Positions 8,463-18,214 of a stretch of 64,000 bases of DNA are shown piece by piece. This stretch comes from Lewinellaceae bacterium. Its GTDB lineage: Bacteria; Bacteroidota; Bacteroidia; Chitinophagales; Saprospiraceae. A program made the translations under genes and the position numbers. The stretch spans positions 1,655 to 65,654 of the forward strand of contig JACJXV010000016.1 in the NCBI GenBank assembly GCA_020636445.1, given 5' to 3'. Each line of letters opens with the position of its first letter. The stretch's first letter is position 1. The notes under the pieces were generated by a model. The model saw only the letters and a program-made list of their open reading frames with translations, was not told the DNA's origin and did no database searches.

Positions 8463-11129
8463 ATGGGGCATCGCATTTTACTTTTCTTGTTTTTTGTATC
8501 CTTTGGATTTTCAGGTTGGGCGCAATTGCCACTTAACCAGCGGGTTACTATTGCGTTTGCCGATGAACCGCTCGAACAGGCGCTATACCGCCTGCTGGAT
8601 GAAACAAGGGCCCCGTTATTCTTCAGTAATGCCATTCTACCCCAGAAAACGATTCGGGCTGCTTTTCGCAATAAATCTTTGCGGGAAGTATTAGCCGGAT
8701 TATTAGCAGGTACAGATCTGGAAGTTCGCCAGGTTCAGGAGGATCTGGTGATTGTTCGCAAAGTTCCACCCTTGATACCTCCTCCCACGTATACCATCAG
8801 TGGCTATATCGAAGACTACGAATCAGGAGAAACATTGGTTAGTGCTAGCTTGTTGGTAGCCAACCGCCAGCAGGGTGTCTCCTCGAATGATTATGGTTTT
8901 TTTAGTGCTTCGGTTACGGAGGGGCCTGTTACCTTGGTAGCCTCTTACCTGGGGTACAGTACCTTGTCTACTCAATTGAACCTGCGGCAGGATACGTTTA
9001 TCCGGCTACGGTTGCGGCCTGATCTTACCTTACTTACTGAAGTAATAATTACGGCGAATGACTCCCTGCGCAGTAATACCCGGGATGACCTTTTTGGATT
9101 TAACCTTTCAGCCTATGATTTGCCACGCTTTGGCGGTGAGCGCGATTTACAGCGGTCCCTGCAATTAAATCCCGGGGTTCAGACCGGTACTGATGGGGTA
9201 GGAGGAATCTTTGTAAGAGGTGGTGATGCAGGGCACAATCTCGTATTGATTGATGGCGTACCGGTCTACAATATCAATCACGCTGCCGGACTCTTATCCA
9301 TTTTTAATAATAGTGCGCTGAAGTCGGTACGCCTGATCAAGGGAGGGTTTCCGGCCCGCTATGGCGGGCGCTTAGCTTCAGTCATTGATGTGCGCACGCG
9401 CGATGGAAATCGCCAACGGCTAGCGGGAGAGGGGGAGATAGGCCTGCTTTCAGCCCGAGCGACGTTGGAAGGGCCACTGGATTCTGCTCGCGGTGCCTTT
9501 CTTGTTTCGGGGCGTTGGTCAGTCATCAATGCTTTTTTGGAGCCCTATGTTCGGCGGTATAAGGCCTCCCGCGGCGAAACGGGGGCATCCCGCTTTAGTT
9601 TTTATGATTTTCATGCCAAATTAAATTACGACCTGGGCCCCCGCGATCGATTGCTCTTTAGTTTTTACCAGGGAGGTGATGTTTTCCGGAATTTTGGATC
9701 CCGCCAGGATTCTGCCTACCTCCTGCTGAACAATGGAGGCATATTTCAATCTAACTATAGTGAGCAGTATGATGAAAATTCACAGTGGGGTAACCGGGTC
9801 GGGGCCCTGCGGTGGAACCATATTGTTAACCCGCAGTTATTCGCCAACCTAACCGTTGCCTACTCGCAGTTAGATGTTGATTTAACCTATGAAAACCACG
9901 ATACACTGGCTGTGCTCCTTCCCCGGAACACGATTAGTTCCCACTGGCATTTAAACCGGTATCGCTCGGGAATTGGTGAGATCGGGCTCAAAGCAGACCT
10001 CGATTGGATACCCACCGAAGGGTGGACCCACCATTTCGGGGGTGCTCTGATGCACCATACGTTTCGGCCGGGCGCACTGGAGTTTCGCGACCTTTCCGGG
10101 GGCGAATCGGGGAGCCCTCCCTGGGTAAACCGCCAAATTAATGCGGCTTCCGCAACCGCATACTGGGAAACGGAGCAACGATTATCCGGAGGTGTGTGGA
10201 TGCTCAACTACGGCCTGCACGCAGCAGCCTGGCAGGTAGAACGGCAAATGTACTCATCGCTGCAACCCCGGTTTGCTGCTGCCTGGCATCCTGCCCAACG
10301 CTGGACCTGGCGAGGCTCGTTGAGCCGGATGACTCAGTTTGTTCACCTGTTGACGAGCTCCAACCTTGCTTTGCCTACGGATATCTGGGTGCCCTCAACG
10401 AAGGAAATACGCCCGGAAAACGCCTGGCAGGTAACCTTGGGTGGGGAATGGGCAAATCTCCAGGGGTGGCAATTCAGCTGGGAAGCCTACTACAAGTGGA
10501 TGAATAACCTGGTTACCTACGCAGAAGGATCTTCATTCCTCAATGATTGGGAACAAAGCACTACGACCGGATCGGGTAAAGCCCGTGGAATAGACTTTTC
10601 TTTAGGGAGAATGAGTAAGGCTAACCAATGGCAAATTTCATATAGTCTGGCCTGGGCGGAACGACGGTTCCCGCTCGTTAACCTGGGGAATCCCTACCCG
10701 TTTAAATATGACCGGCGACATGACCTGAAGGTACTTGCCAAACAAAACATAGGTAACCGCCTTAGCCTGCAGGCAACCTGGTTGTTTAGTACTGGCCTGG
10801 CTTTTAGCCTGCCCATTGAGGCGTACACAGTACAGTTTCCGGGGATTCCGCCGGTGGTCGTCCTTGATTACGGAGGTAAAAATCAGTTTCGGTTGCCCCA
10901 ATATCACCGACTGGATTTAGGGTTAACCTGGGTTATCCCCAGCCAGAATCGGTGGGAGCACCAACTTTATCTGGGCCTTTACAATGCCTATAACCGGCAA
11001 AATCCACTTTACTACCAGCTGCGGAGCACATTTGACCTGGTGGAGGGACAGGTGCGGGAGCGTAAAGCATTGGAAAAGGTAAATCTGTTGCCCCGTCTAC
11101 CCGCAATTAATTATTTGCTGCGGTTCTGA
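8463..11129 (+). CDS. TonB-dependent receptor with N-terminal STN signalling domain and CarboxypepD_reg-like domain
   Basis: Track ORF 8427..11129 starts at TTG. The ATG at 8463 gives the signal peptide MGHRILLFLFFVSFGFSGWAQ. An STN-like segment is followed by a YTISGYIEDYESGETLVSASL carboxypeptidase-regulatory-like fold, a plug (IDGVPVYN) and a barrel ending in ...LRF. Confidence 0.85.
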   Translation: MGHRILLFLFFVSFGFSGWAQLPLNQRVTIAFADEPLEQALYRLLDETRAPLFFSNAILPQKTIRAAFRNKSLREVLAGLLAGTDLEVRQVQEDLVIVRKVPPLIPPPTYTISGYIEDYESGETLVSASLLVANRQQGVSSNDYGFFSASVTEGPVTLVASYLGYSTLSTQLNLRQDTFIRLRLRPDLTLLTEVIITANDSLRSNTRDDLFGFNLSAYDLPRFGGERDLQRSLQLNPGVQTGTDGVGGIFVRGGDAGHNLVLIDGVPVYNINHAAGLLSIFNNSALKSVRLIKGGFPARYGGRLASVIDVRTRDGNRQRLAGEGEIGLLSARATLEGPLDSARGAFLVSGRWSVINAFLEPYVRRYKASRGETGASRFSFYDFHAKLNYDLGPRDRLLFSFYQGGDVFRNFGSRQDSAYLLLNNGGIFQSNYSEQYDENSQWGNRVGALRWNHIVNPQLFANLTVAYSQLDVDLTYENHDTLAVLLPRNTISSHWHLNRYRSGIGEIGLKADLDWIPTEGWTHHFGGALMHHTFRPGALEFRDLSGGESGSPPWVNRQINAASATAYWETEQRLSGGVWMLNYGLHAAAWQVERQMYSSLQPRFAAAWHPAQRWTWRGSLSRMTQFVHLLTSSNLALPTDIWVPSTKEIRPENAWQVTLGGEWANLQGWQFSWEAYYKWMNNLVTYAEGSSFLNDWEQSTTTGSGKARGIDFSLGRMSKANQWQISYSLAWAERRFPLVNLGNPYPFKYDRRHDLKVLAKQNIGNRLSLQATWLFSTGLAFSLPIEAYTVQFPGIPPVVVLDYGGKNQFRLPQYHRLDLGLTWVIPSQNRWEHQLYLGLYNAYNRQNPLYYQLRSTFDLVEGQVRERKALEKVNLLPRLPAINYLLRF

Positions 11130-11265
11130 TCATGGAATATATTGTCCTCCTGCCGTTAAGAACTTCTTAAACTTATCCTATCGTCGTCTGTTTAACTCTA
11201 AAAAGCCTATCTTTAAAAAGCTTTTTTCTGCCCACTAAAAATGTTAGGCAAATCGCCGAGGGCTT

Positions 11266-12201
11266 ATGGTTAGAAATGTACTTTTTGCAACATTGGTTTT
11301 CGTAATGCTGGGAAGTTCCTGCGAACGTCCTCTTGAATTGCAATTGCCTCAACCAGAGCCACGGTTAGTTGTAATTAGTAATTTCACACATGACCAAAAA
11401 ATACGGGTAGAGGTTTCTAAAACGCGTAACGTTTTAAGCAGTAGTACTCCTGAATATATCCTTAATGCCAAGGTTCAACTTTTCCGTGAAGAGCAGTTAC
11501 TGGAAGAACTAATTTTGGTTAATTCTGACGATGGCCAAGGCCCTTATTATACCACCACTCATTACACCGCCCAGATCGGAGTAAATTATCTGATTCGGGT
11601 TACCGCCCCAGGATTTCCGTCCGTTTCTGCTGAGAATCGCATCCCACCCCAAACAGCAATCGAGCAACTATCCGTTGAAAACTTTATGTTGCCCGGTCCG
11701 GGGCTTCCGGAGGATGCTCATCTCAATTATACGATTAGCTTCACCTTTAATGATAATGATGGCGAGCAGAACTATTATCACCTGGTATTTTTCCAGGAAA
11801 TACGGTCGTTCATCTTAGACCGCAGCGGGGACACCCTTTTCGCTGCACCCGAATTGCGTCGCATTCAGTTTGATCCTAACCAAAATACGAATAATCAAAT
11901 AGCGCATATTGAAGGCGGATTACTCCTCAATGACACCCCCTTCAACGGGCAGCAGGTTCGCTTATCCCTCCCTGTACAAATGCCTTTTAATCAAAGCAAA
12001 GAAATTGCCGGTGATCTGATTGCAGAGCTGCGTTCCGTTTCCCGGGATTATTTCCTGTTTTACAGTGCGCTGAGTAAACAGCAGGAAACTCCCGATGCCC
12101 TCTTTGCTGAACCCGTTTCTGCATATAACAACATTATGAATGGGGTCGGCATCTTTGCCGGGTATAGTCAAACCGCTACCTCTGTTCGGTTGTCCCGTTA
12201 G
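11266..12201 (+). CDS. DUF4249-like lipoprotein
   Basis: 311 aa with a lipobox-like LGSSC. Its size and its position directly downstream of a non-SusC TonB receptor fit the DUF4249 family. This is recognition from memory only. Confidence 0.6.
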   Translation: MVRNVLFATLVFVMLGSSCERPLELQLPQPEPRLVVISNFTHDQKIRVEVSKTRNVLSSSTPEYILNAKVQLFREEQLLEELILVNSDDGQGPYYTTTHYTAQIGVNYLIRVTAPGFPSVSAENRIPPQTAIEQLSVENFMLPGPGLPEDAHLNYTISFTFNDNDGEQNYYHLVFFQEIRSFILDRSGDTLFAAPELRRIQFDPNQNTNNQIAHIEGGLLLNDTPFNGQQVRLSLPVQMPFNQSKEIAGDLIAELRSVSRDYFLFYSALSKQQETPDALFAEPVSAYNNIMNGVGIFAGYSQTATSVRLSR

Positions 12202-12221
12202 TCCCCAATTCCCTTCCTTAA

Positions 12222-12377
12222 GTGATGGGACACTATTATCTATACCTTATTTCAGGCCATTTTGGGCTTCCACTTCGTAAAAAAGCCTCGCCGACGCGCT
12301 GCGTCGCCTGCGTTTTTTGCCTTGTTGAACCCCAAAATTGCACGGAACAAAGCTTATACATAATAATGACCCATCAC
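12222..12377. repeat. 156-bp centred imperfect palindrome with a terminator-like core
   Basis: The left arm GTGATGGGACACTATTATCTATA... mirrors the right arm ...TACATAATAATGACCCATCAC. The core at 12292-12306 is CGACGC-gct-GCGTCG, flanked by A6 and T6. The symmetry centre at 12299 equals the midpoint of the arms. Confidence 0.75.
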
Positions 12378-12587
12378 CTACTATTTTTTTAGCTAATCGA
12401 AACGAAAAAATCGAGTTTCGCATAGGGGATTACCATTTCTTTGGTGTCATAGGTTTAGTAGACTAATAAAAAAGGCGATCTAAAGGATCTTACCAAAGTA
12501 ATGCCGCGGAGAAATATTACTAGAATCGGCTAAGCCCCCTTTTCCTGCGCTGGTTTTTCCTTTCGAAAGCACAAAAAGAGCAGACCT

Positions 12588-13268
12588 ATGTACTTGGAAG
12601 CCAAATTATCATTTATCGATCAATTCCCCCTCCTGCAGCAGCTTAAGCCTGCCGAGAAGGAACGTCTGGCTGGTTATATGGAGGTGAAAGAAAAACCTCG
12701 CTATAGCTATATCTATATGCCAGGTGACCTGTCTAATGAGTTGTATTTCCTCGCCAAAGGAACGGTGAAAATAGGCACCCATTCGTCCGATGGGAAAGAG
12801 GTGATCAAGTCGCTTATCCATCCACTGGCTATGTTCGGCGAACTGGGCATTGTCGGTGAGAAATCCCGTCAGGACTATGCCCAGGCCCTCAAGGAAACAG
12901 TCGTTCTGTATCAGGTTCGCCTGGAAGACTTCAAGCAGCTGATGCGTGACAACTTCGACCTCAGTAACCGGATTATGATGCAATTGGGCAGCCGCCTGAT
13001 CAATGCTGAACATAAACTGGAATCGCTGATTTTCAAAGATGCCCGTACCCGGATTGTAGAATTTATTAAAGATTCTGTGGATAAGCGAGGCCAACGGATC
13101 GGTTACGAAATGCTGCTCAAGCACTCCCTTACCCATCAGGATATTGCCAATATTACCTGTACTTCGCGACAAACCGTAACGTTGGTACTCAATGAACTGC
13201 GTAAGTCGGATTTGATTTACTTTAACCGGGGAAAAATTTTGGTGCGCGATATGGCAAAGCTTAGCTAA
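12588..13268 (+). CDS. Crp/Fnr family transcriptional regulator
   Basis: 226 aa. A cNMP-binding beta-roll (LYFLAKGTVKI...FGELG) is followed by a C-terminal HTH (LTHQDIANITCTSRQTVTLVLNELRK). Confidence 0.9.
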   Translation: MYLEAKLSFIDQFPLLQQLKPAEKERLAGYMEVKEKPRYSYIYMPGDLSNELYFLAKGTVKIGTHSSDGKEVIKSLIHPLAMFGELGIVGEKSRQDYAQALKETVVLYQVRLEDFKQLMRDNFDLSNRIMMQLGSRLINAEHKLESLIFKDARTRIVEFIKDSVDKRGQRIGYEMLLKHSLTHQDIANITCTSRQTVTLVLNELRKSDLIYFNRGKILVRDMAKLS

Positions 13269-13308
13269 ACGCCGCCAATGCCTGCCTCCGGAAGCCTGGC
13301 AACTTCAC

Positions 13309-14685
13309 TCAACCAATGTCCATTAAGATTCGCCACTCGCGGGGGAAGTAGTTATTCACCCGCGAGCCAATTCCTTTAATCCAGCCTAAATTAAGGCCGG
13401 CATACTGAACGAGCGCCCATCCTTTGGGTAAAACCTCGAGTTGGGGAATTTCCTTTTTCAGGTAGCGCAGGGCTTCCTGTTTTTCCAGAGAGACCACGGG
13501 AATATGGGGCGAAACCGCCAAACTGAGCGCTAGCTCGGGAGCTGGCACCAGGTCTTTTCCTTTCCACTGCCCCACCAGGACGCCCGGATCGAACCGCCAT
13601 AGCCGTTGTCCCCACTGCACGAACGCGTCACTTACCTCCACAGGCAATGCCCGAATATAGCCCTGATCGTTCTGCCACCAGGTAAAAGCCTCCGGTTCGG
13701 AGAGCCAGGGACTTGCCAATTCTCGTTCAGCTCTGGTCATTGGCCGCCATTTACCCCAGCCACGCGTAGAGGTTGCTGCTGGCGCGGTACTTTCCTCCCT
13801 TATCCCCGGTTTTTGTAAAACAGCCAGGTAGAATCCTTCTCCGCGCACCCGGTGCGGATAGCACTGGTAGCCCCCATTGGGGCTGGTAATGATGCCCCAG
13901 TCAGCGGGAAAATCCAGCGAGCGCAATGTCAACCCGCTCTCCTCGGCAATCCAGCGCACGTTGTCGTCGTTTTCCTGGGCGTTGTAGGTACAGGTGCTGT
14001 AGAATAACCATCCTCCCGGAGCGACACACTGAGCGGCCTCCGTAAGAATGCGTCGTTGGCGGGCTGCACAAACCTGAACGGCTTCTTCCGACCATTCCTG
14101 GGTAGCGGCAGGATCCTTGCGGAACAACCCTTCGCCCGAACAAGGGGCATCCAATAAAACCAGATCGAAGGCCGGTCCGACTTTACCAAAGTCCTGACTA
14201 TCGTGATTGCTGCTGGCTACCGCAGGATAGCCCCAACGGGCCAGGTTATGCTGGAGGATAGGGTAGCGGCCGCGAATTACCTCATTGGCAATCAGGAAAC
14301 TGTTTGCCGGCAATAATTCCGCCAGCAAGGTGCTTTTGCCACCAGGCGCGGCAGCCAGATCCAAAACCCGCAAACCCTCCTGCTTCGGAAAACACTGCCG
14401 GAATGCCTCCCCAATCAGCATACTGGATGCCTCCTGGACGTAATAGGCTCCCGCGTGTAGTAAGGGGTCAAGGGTGAAGCTGGGGCGTTCATTTAAATAT
14501 ACTCCGCTAGTATACCATTTTACTCCGTCGTAATTTTCTTTCAAAGTTAAATTTTTCAAAAAATGACGCCGAATACTGGTTGGGGAGGGGAGGGAAAGGG
14601 CTTCCTGAAAAGCGCTCCATTCCGATTCGCCGAGGGTTTGCGCCATGCGCGCCGCAAAAGCTAAGGGCAGATCAATACTTGGCAT
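13309..14685 (-). CDS. RsmB/RsmF (NOL1/NOP2/Sun) family RNA cytosine-C5 methyltransferase
   Basis: 458 aa. It has the SAM motif LDLAAAPGGKST and catalytic motifs LLDAPCSGEG and YSTCT. Confidence 0.85.
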   Translation of the reverse strand: MPSIDLPLAFAARMAQTLGESEWSAFQEALSLPSPTSIRRHFLKNLTLKENYDGVKWYTSGVYLNERPSFTLDPLLHAGAYYVQEASSMLIGEAFRQCFPKQEGLRVLDLAAAPGGKSTLLAELLPANSFLIANEVIRGRYPILQHNLARWGYPAVASSNHDSQDFGKVGPAFDLVLLDAPCSGEGLFRKDPAATQEWSEEAVQVCAARQRRILTEAAQCVAPGGWLFYSTCTYNAQENDDNVRWIAEESGLTLRSLDFPADWGIITSPNGGYQCYPHRVRGEGFYLAVLQKPGIREESTAPAATSTRGWGKWRPMTRAERELASPWLSEPEAFTWWQNDQGYIRALPVEVSDAFVQWGQRLWRFDPGVLVGQWKGKDLVPAPELALSLAVSPHIPVVSLEKQEALRYLKKEIPQLEVLPKGWALVQYAGLNLGWIKGIGSRVNNYFPREWRILMDIG

Positions 14686-14794
14686 AAAAGCTGAATTCAG
14701 GGCAAAGGTAGGATTTTGCCCGGGGTCTTGTGTTGGTCTGGGGCAAAATTCGGGGCTGCGGTGGATTTGTTAGGGGTTATGAGCGTTCGCCTGC

Positions 14795-14930
14795 CGTTCG
14801 CTAACGCTCACTCAGCTTATGCCGCTCACTGCGTTCGCTCGGTTTATGACCGTTCGCTAACGCTCACTCAGTTTATGCCGCTCACTGCGTTCGCTCGGTT
14901 TATGACCGCTCACTGCGTTCGCTCGGTTTA
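14795..14930. repeat. tandem repeat: 2 x 56 bp plus a 24-bp partial copy
   Basis: Copies at 14795-14850 and 14851-14906 differ at one base (C/T). Segment 14907-14930 repeats the internal CGCTCACTGCGTTCGCTCGGTTTA part. Confidence 0.9.
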
Positions 14931-14999
14931 TAAAGTTTATTTAGTTGAAATTGTAGCTAATGCGCCAACACGCTAACGGCCAACGCGCCAAAAGTCCGC

Positions 15000-15803
15000 T
15001 TAAAGCCCATTTAGGGCCCAGTCGTATTCCAGGTAGCTGATTTTAGCGTTTGCGGAAAGCTTGGTTTTAGCGTAACGATTGAGGAAGGAGACGAGATTCC
15101 CAAAATCGGCGCTATACCATTCGAAGACTTTGGACACTTTAGCCTGGTTGCCCTGCAACTGGTTAAAGCGGGAGTTATTAATAAACTTCCGGGCTTGCAG
15201 GTTGAGTTGATCCTCCAGTTGGGCTGCGGTAAACGCTTTATTGAGCAGAGGCGGGCAGGAGCGGGCCGCGCAGTTCACGGCAAAATGAATCCGGGCATCT
15301 TTAAACTGTGGCCGCAGGATGTCATTTTCGATATTGTTGAGGGAGTAGGTTTTATCTCCTATGTTGATCCATTTCCGATCCCAGGCTTTACCCTTGTCCA
15401 CGTCCATAATACTGGTTAGGGGCGAATGATCAAGGATGAGCTTTACGGTAAAGGCATTGTAGGCATTAATCCAGAAAGCCATTTGCTCATTGCGCGACCA
15501 GGACGACTGCGGATGCAGTCCACTCAAGGTTTTCAGGTATGCATTCAGTTTGGCCTGGTCTTTTTTTAGTCCTGCGTAATTTACCCGGCCTTCGGCGCTA
15601 ACGTATTGTTCCAATAACGTATTCCAGGCCTGGTGATCGGGAGCCTTTACTACCTGTGCCGGTGAAGCGTACGTAAAGAAGGATAAGACGAGCAGGAGCG
15701 TTACCATAATAATCCGTTTGTTTTCCAAAATAACTCCTATCCCGGGCATTGTGTTGCATGCGTTCGGTGGGAATGTAGCGATCCGGACCTTTTTAACGGA
15801 CAA
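15000..15803 (-). CDS. DUF547 domain-containing protein
   Basis: Matches to the DUF547 pattern: FWINAYNAFTVKLI and HFAVNCAARSCPPL. The real start is probably an internal Met (15749 or 15707), giving a signal peptide. Confidence 0.8.
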   Translation of the reverse strand: MSVKKVRIATFPPNACNTMPGIGVILENKRIIMVTLLLVLSFFTYASPAQVVKAPDHQAWNTLLEQYVSAEGRVNYAGLKKDQAKLNAYLKTLSGLHPQSSWSRNEQMAFWINAYNAFTVKLILDHSPLTSIMDVDKGKAWDRKWINIGDKTYSLNNIENDILRPQFKDARIHFAVNCAARSCPPLLNKAFTAAQLEDQLNLQARKFINNSRFNQLQGNQAKVSKVFEWYSADFGNLVSFLNRYAKTKLSANAKISYLEYDWALNGL

Positions 15804-16211
15804 TTAACGATTCGGAGCAGGAAGAAGGGGTGTATGTTGGGGTATAGCTTTGTGCCGCTGCCCTGGGCTAGGGTATCATCGCTATCATTTTCTCAGACTA
15901 TTTTGCGAGGTGGTTACTCCCGGCAGTTTTAGTGAGCAGTAAGCAGGCAGCAGTGAACAGCTGCGTCCAATGAATAAGCAGTCCTTCGACTACTATGCCA
16001 AGGTTTATTTTGCTTTCTGAGTACGTCGCACGCGTAAGACCTAGCCCGTGCGAGGCTGGCTCTGCTAAGGTCAGGACATTGAAATGGATTGTATGAGTGA
16101 TCGCAAGCGAAATTTTTCTTAACTTAAGAACACTGGACGTATGATGGTGGCCATGACCCTCGGTCGCGCAGCACACATATCACAACTATTATCAGCAATG
16201 ACTAAAAGCCA

Positions 16212-17315
16212 ATGACAAGAAAAGAATTTATCAAAATGTGCGGAATTCTTGGTGTGAGTCTGCCCTTTCAACCTTCCTTCAGCTCCTGCCAGAAAGATGA
16301 AACCACCGGGAGTAAATTTTCAGGTAAGGTGATCATTATCGGAGCGGGAGCCGGAGGGCTTTCTGCAGGATATTTACTTCAACAGCAGGGGGTTGATTTC
16401 GAGCTATTGGAAGCATCTTCAATGCATGGTGGAAGAATGAGAATCAATACAAACTTTGCTGACTTTCCCATTCCCCTGGGGGCCGAATGGTTAGAAACAG
16501 ACACTTCTGTTTTTAAGAAAATAGTGAATGATGCTTCGGTTCAAGTTAATGTAGAAACGATTGCGGATGACCCCGACCGCAAGTTTGTTAATTCATCCTG
16601 GTTTACTTTTTTTGAAACCTATATTACCCCTGCCATTGCCAATAAGATTATTTACAACAGCATAGTGAAATCTATTGACTATGCGGGAGACCAGGTGGTT
16701 GTAACTACGCAATCCGGACAGCATATTGCTGATAAAGTGATCGTTTCTGTACCCCTTAAAATTCTCCAGACTGGAGATATTCGCTTTATCCCCAATTTGC
16801 CACAAGATAAGCGGACTGCTATCGATAACATGACCATCTGGGAAGGCTTTAAAGCCTTTTTTGAATTCTCCGAAAAGTTCTATGACGACGAATTAGCGTT
16901 AACCATTAATCCAGCCAGCGATGGACAAAAAATATATTACAATGCCGCTTTGGGGCAAAGGACGACCCGGTATATCCTCGGGTTGTTTACAGTAGGAAAG
17001 CCGGCCATTGATTTTATCTCGCGGTCAGGAGAAGCTTTGAAGGATTTCATCTTGCATGAACTGGATCTGCTTTATGCTAATCAGGCAACTCCCAACTACA
17101 TAAAACATATTACCCAAAACTGGAATAATGAACCGTTTATCCAGGGAGGATATTTGACGGATTATGCGGATTGGCGAATGGTCAGGAAGCTGGGGGAAAA
17201 CGTAGGGAACAAATTATACTTTGCTGGTGGAGAGTATACCGATGGAGAAGATTGGGTTTCCGTGCATACGGCCGCGCAATCGGCTAAAACGGCGGTAGCA
17301 GCCATTGTAAATTAA
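16212..17315 (+). CDS. flavin-containing amine oxidase family oxidoreductase
   Basis: 367 aa. It has the dinucleotide fold IIIGAGAGGLSAGYLL...LEASSMHGGR and the C-terminal FAGGEYT motif. Confidence 0.85.
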   Translation: MTRKEFIKMCGILGVSLPFQPSFSSCQKDETTGSKFSGKVIIIGAGAGGLSAGYLLQQQGVDFELLEASSMHGGRMRINTNFADFPIPLGAEWLETDTSVFKKIVNDASVQVNVETIADDPDRKFVNSSWFTFFETYITPAIANKIIYNSIVKSIDYAGDQVVVTTQSGQHIADKVIVSVPLKILQTGDIRFIPNLPQDKRTAIDNMTIWEGFKAFFEFSEKFYDDELALTINPASDGQKIYYNAALGQRTTRYILGLFTVGKPAIDFISRSGEALKDFILHELDLLYANQATPNYIKHITQNWNNEPFIQGGYLTDYADWRMVRKLGENVGNKLYFAGGEYTDGEDWVSVHTAAQSAKTAVAAIVN

Positions 17316-17395
17316 GCACGGTTCATAGCCCCATAGGTAGAAACCCCAATGCGCTGGTTAGTGACCCACTTGCCTTTATTAAAAAATCAGAACCC

Positions 17396-18214
17396 ATGAT
17401 GAAGTTATTTCGAAAAATCAGGCAAAGACTGCTGGCGGATAATCAAATTGGCAGATATTTAAAATATGCCTCTGGAGAAGTATTTCTTATTGTTATCGGA
17501 ATTTTGATTGCCCTATCCATTAATAATTGGAATGAAAACCAAAAAATAGAGAAAGAGATATTTAATTATTTAGTCAATTTAAGAGAGGCTTTAAAGGATG
17601 ATATCACTTCTTTTGAAGCAAATATTTCTCTTAACAAAACAAGATTAAAGGGTATCTTTTATATACTTGAATATTCAGGGTTGAACACTCAAAGGTTTAC
17701 GGAATTGGAATGGGTCGATCTTTCTAATAATGACAATGTGAGTTTTTTATGGGAAGGGCCATTTCCAGATTCACTAAACCGAAAGTTTTTGCATTTATCC
17801 TTTTCTATGCTTGGTCGCGGTTTTGGAGGCATTTCCTTAAACAAATCGGTTATCAATGAACTATATGCTACCGGCTCCTTTTCTCATATTCAAAACGCTG
17901 ATCTAAAAACGCAACTGGGCGATTATTACAGCTTTTTAGCACAACGGCTTGAAGGGTATGCCATTGAGGAACATGAAGAATGGGCAAATGAAACTACTCG
18001 GTTTCTTCGCGACAAGTACAATATTTTTACGTTGGATATTTCTAATGTGGAAGATCCTATAGCCACCTTAAAGGGAAAAAAAGATGTTGAGCATTATCTG
18101 CGGTATTTGGCACTTGAAGTAAATTATCATTGTATTTGGACGGCACAAGCAAAAGATAAAGCCAAGGATTTGGTAACACTTATTGAAAAAGAAATGGGCC
18201 AGCTAAAAAAGTAA
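17396..18214 (+). CDS. DUF6090-like membrane-anchored protein
   Basis: The N-terminus MMKLFRKIRQRLLADNQIGRYLKYASGEVFLIVIGILIALSINNWNE is the stereotyped start of this Bacteroidota family. The gene is visibly A+T-rich compared with its neighbours. Confidence 0.6.
   Translation: MMKLFRKIRQRLLADNQIGRYLKYASGEVFLIVIGILIALSINNWNENQKIEKEIFNYLVNLREALKDDITSFEANISLNKTRLKGIFYILEYSGLNTQRFTELEWVDLSNNDNVSFLWEGPFPDSLNRKFLHLSFSMLGRGFGGISLNKSVINELYATGSFSHIQNADLKTQLGDYYSFLAQRLEGYAIEEHEEWANETTRFLRDKYNIFTLDISNVEDPIATLKGKKDVEHYLRYLALEVNYHCIWTAQAKDKAKDLVTLIEKEMGQLKK

Noticed and set aside
8463-12201. TonB receptor plus downstream lipoprotein as the missing SusC/SusD pair of the glycan locus
   Set aside because: The receptor has an STN signalling domain and is coupled to FecI/FecR. 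The partner looks DUF4249-like rather than SusD-like (no TPR-like helical repeat pattern). It also lies 8 kb away, separated from the glycan locus by unrelated housekeeping genes.
12609-13172. 187-aa ORF antisense to the Crp/Fnr regulator
   Set aside because: The plus-strand frame has a clear cNMP-binding domain and HTH. The antisense frame is a shadow ORF.
14716-14976. 86-aa ORF and a possible CRISPR-like array in the 56-bp repeat region
   Set aside because: The ORF is generated by translating the tandem repeat itself (the repeated peptide HCVRSVY). The repeats are directly adjacent without unique spacers, so this is not a CRISPR array.
15898-16176. 92-aa GTG-initiated ORF as a real gene
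   Set aside because: It has no family resemblance and an atypical start. I kept it only as part of the unexplained-spacer finding rather than as a feature.
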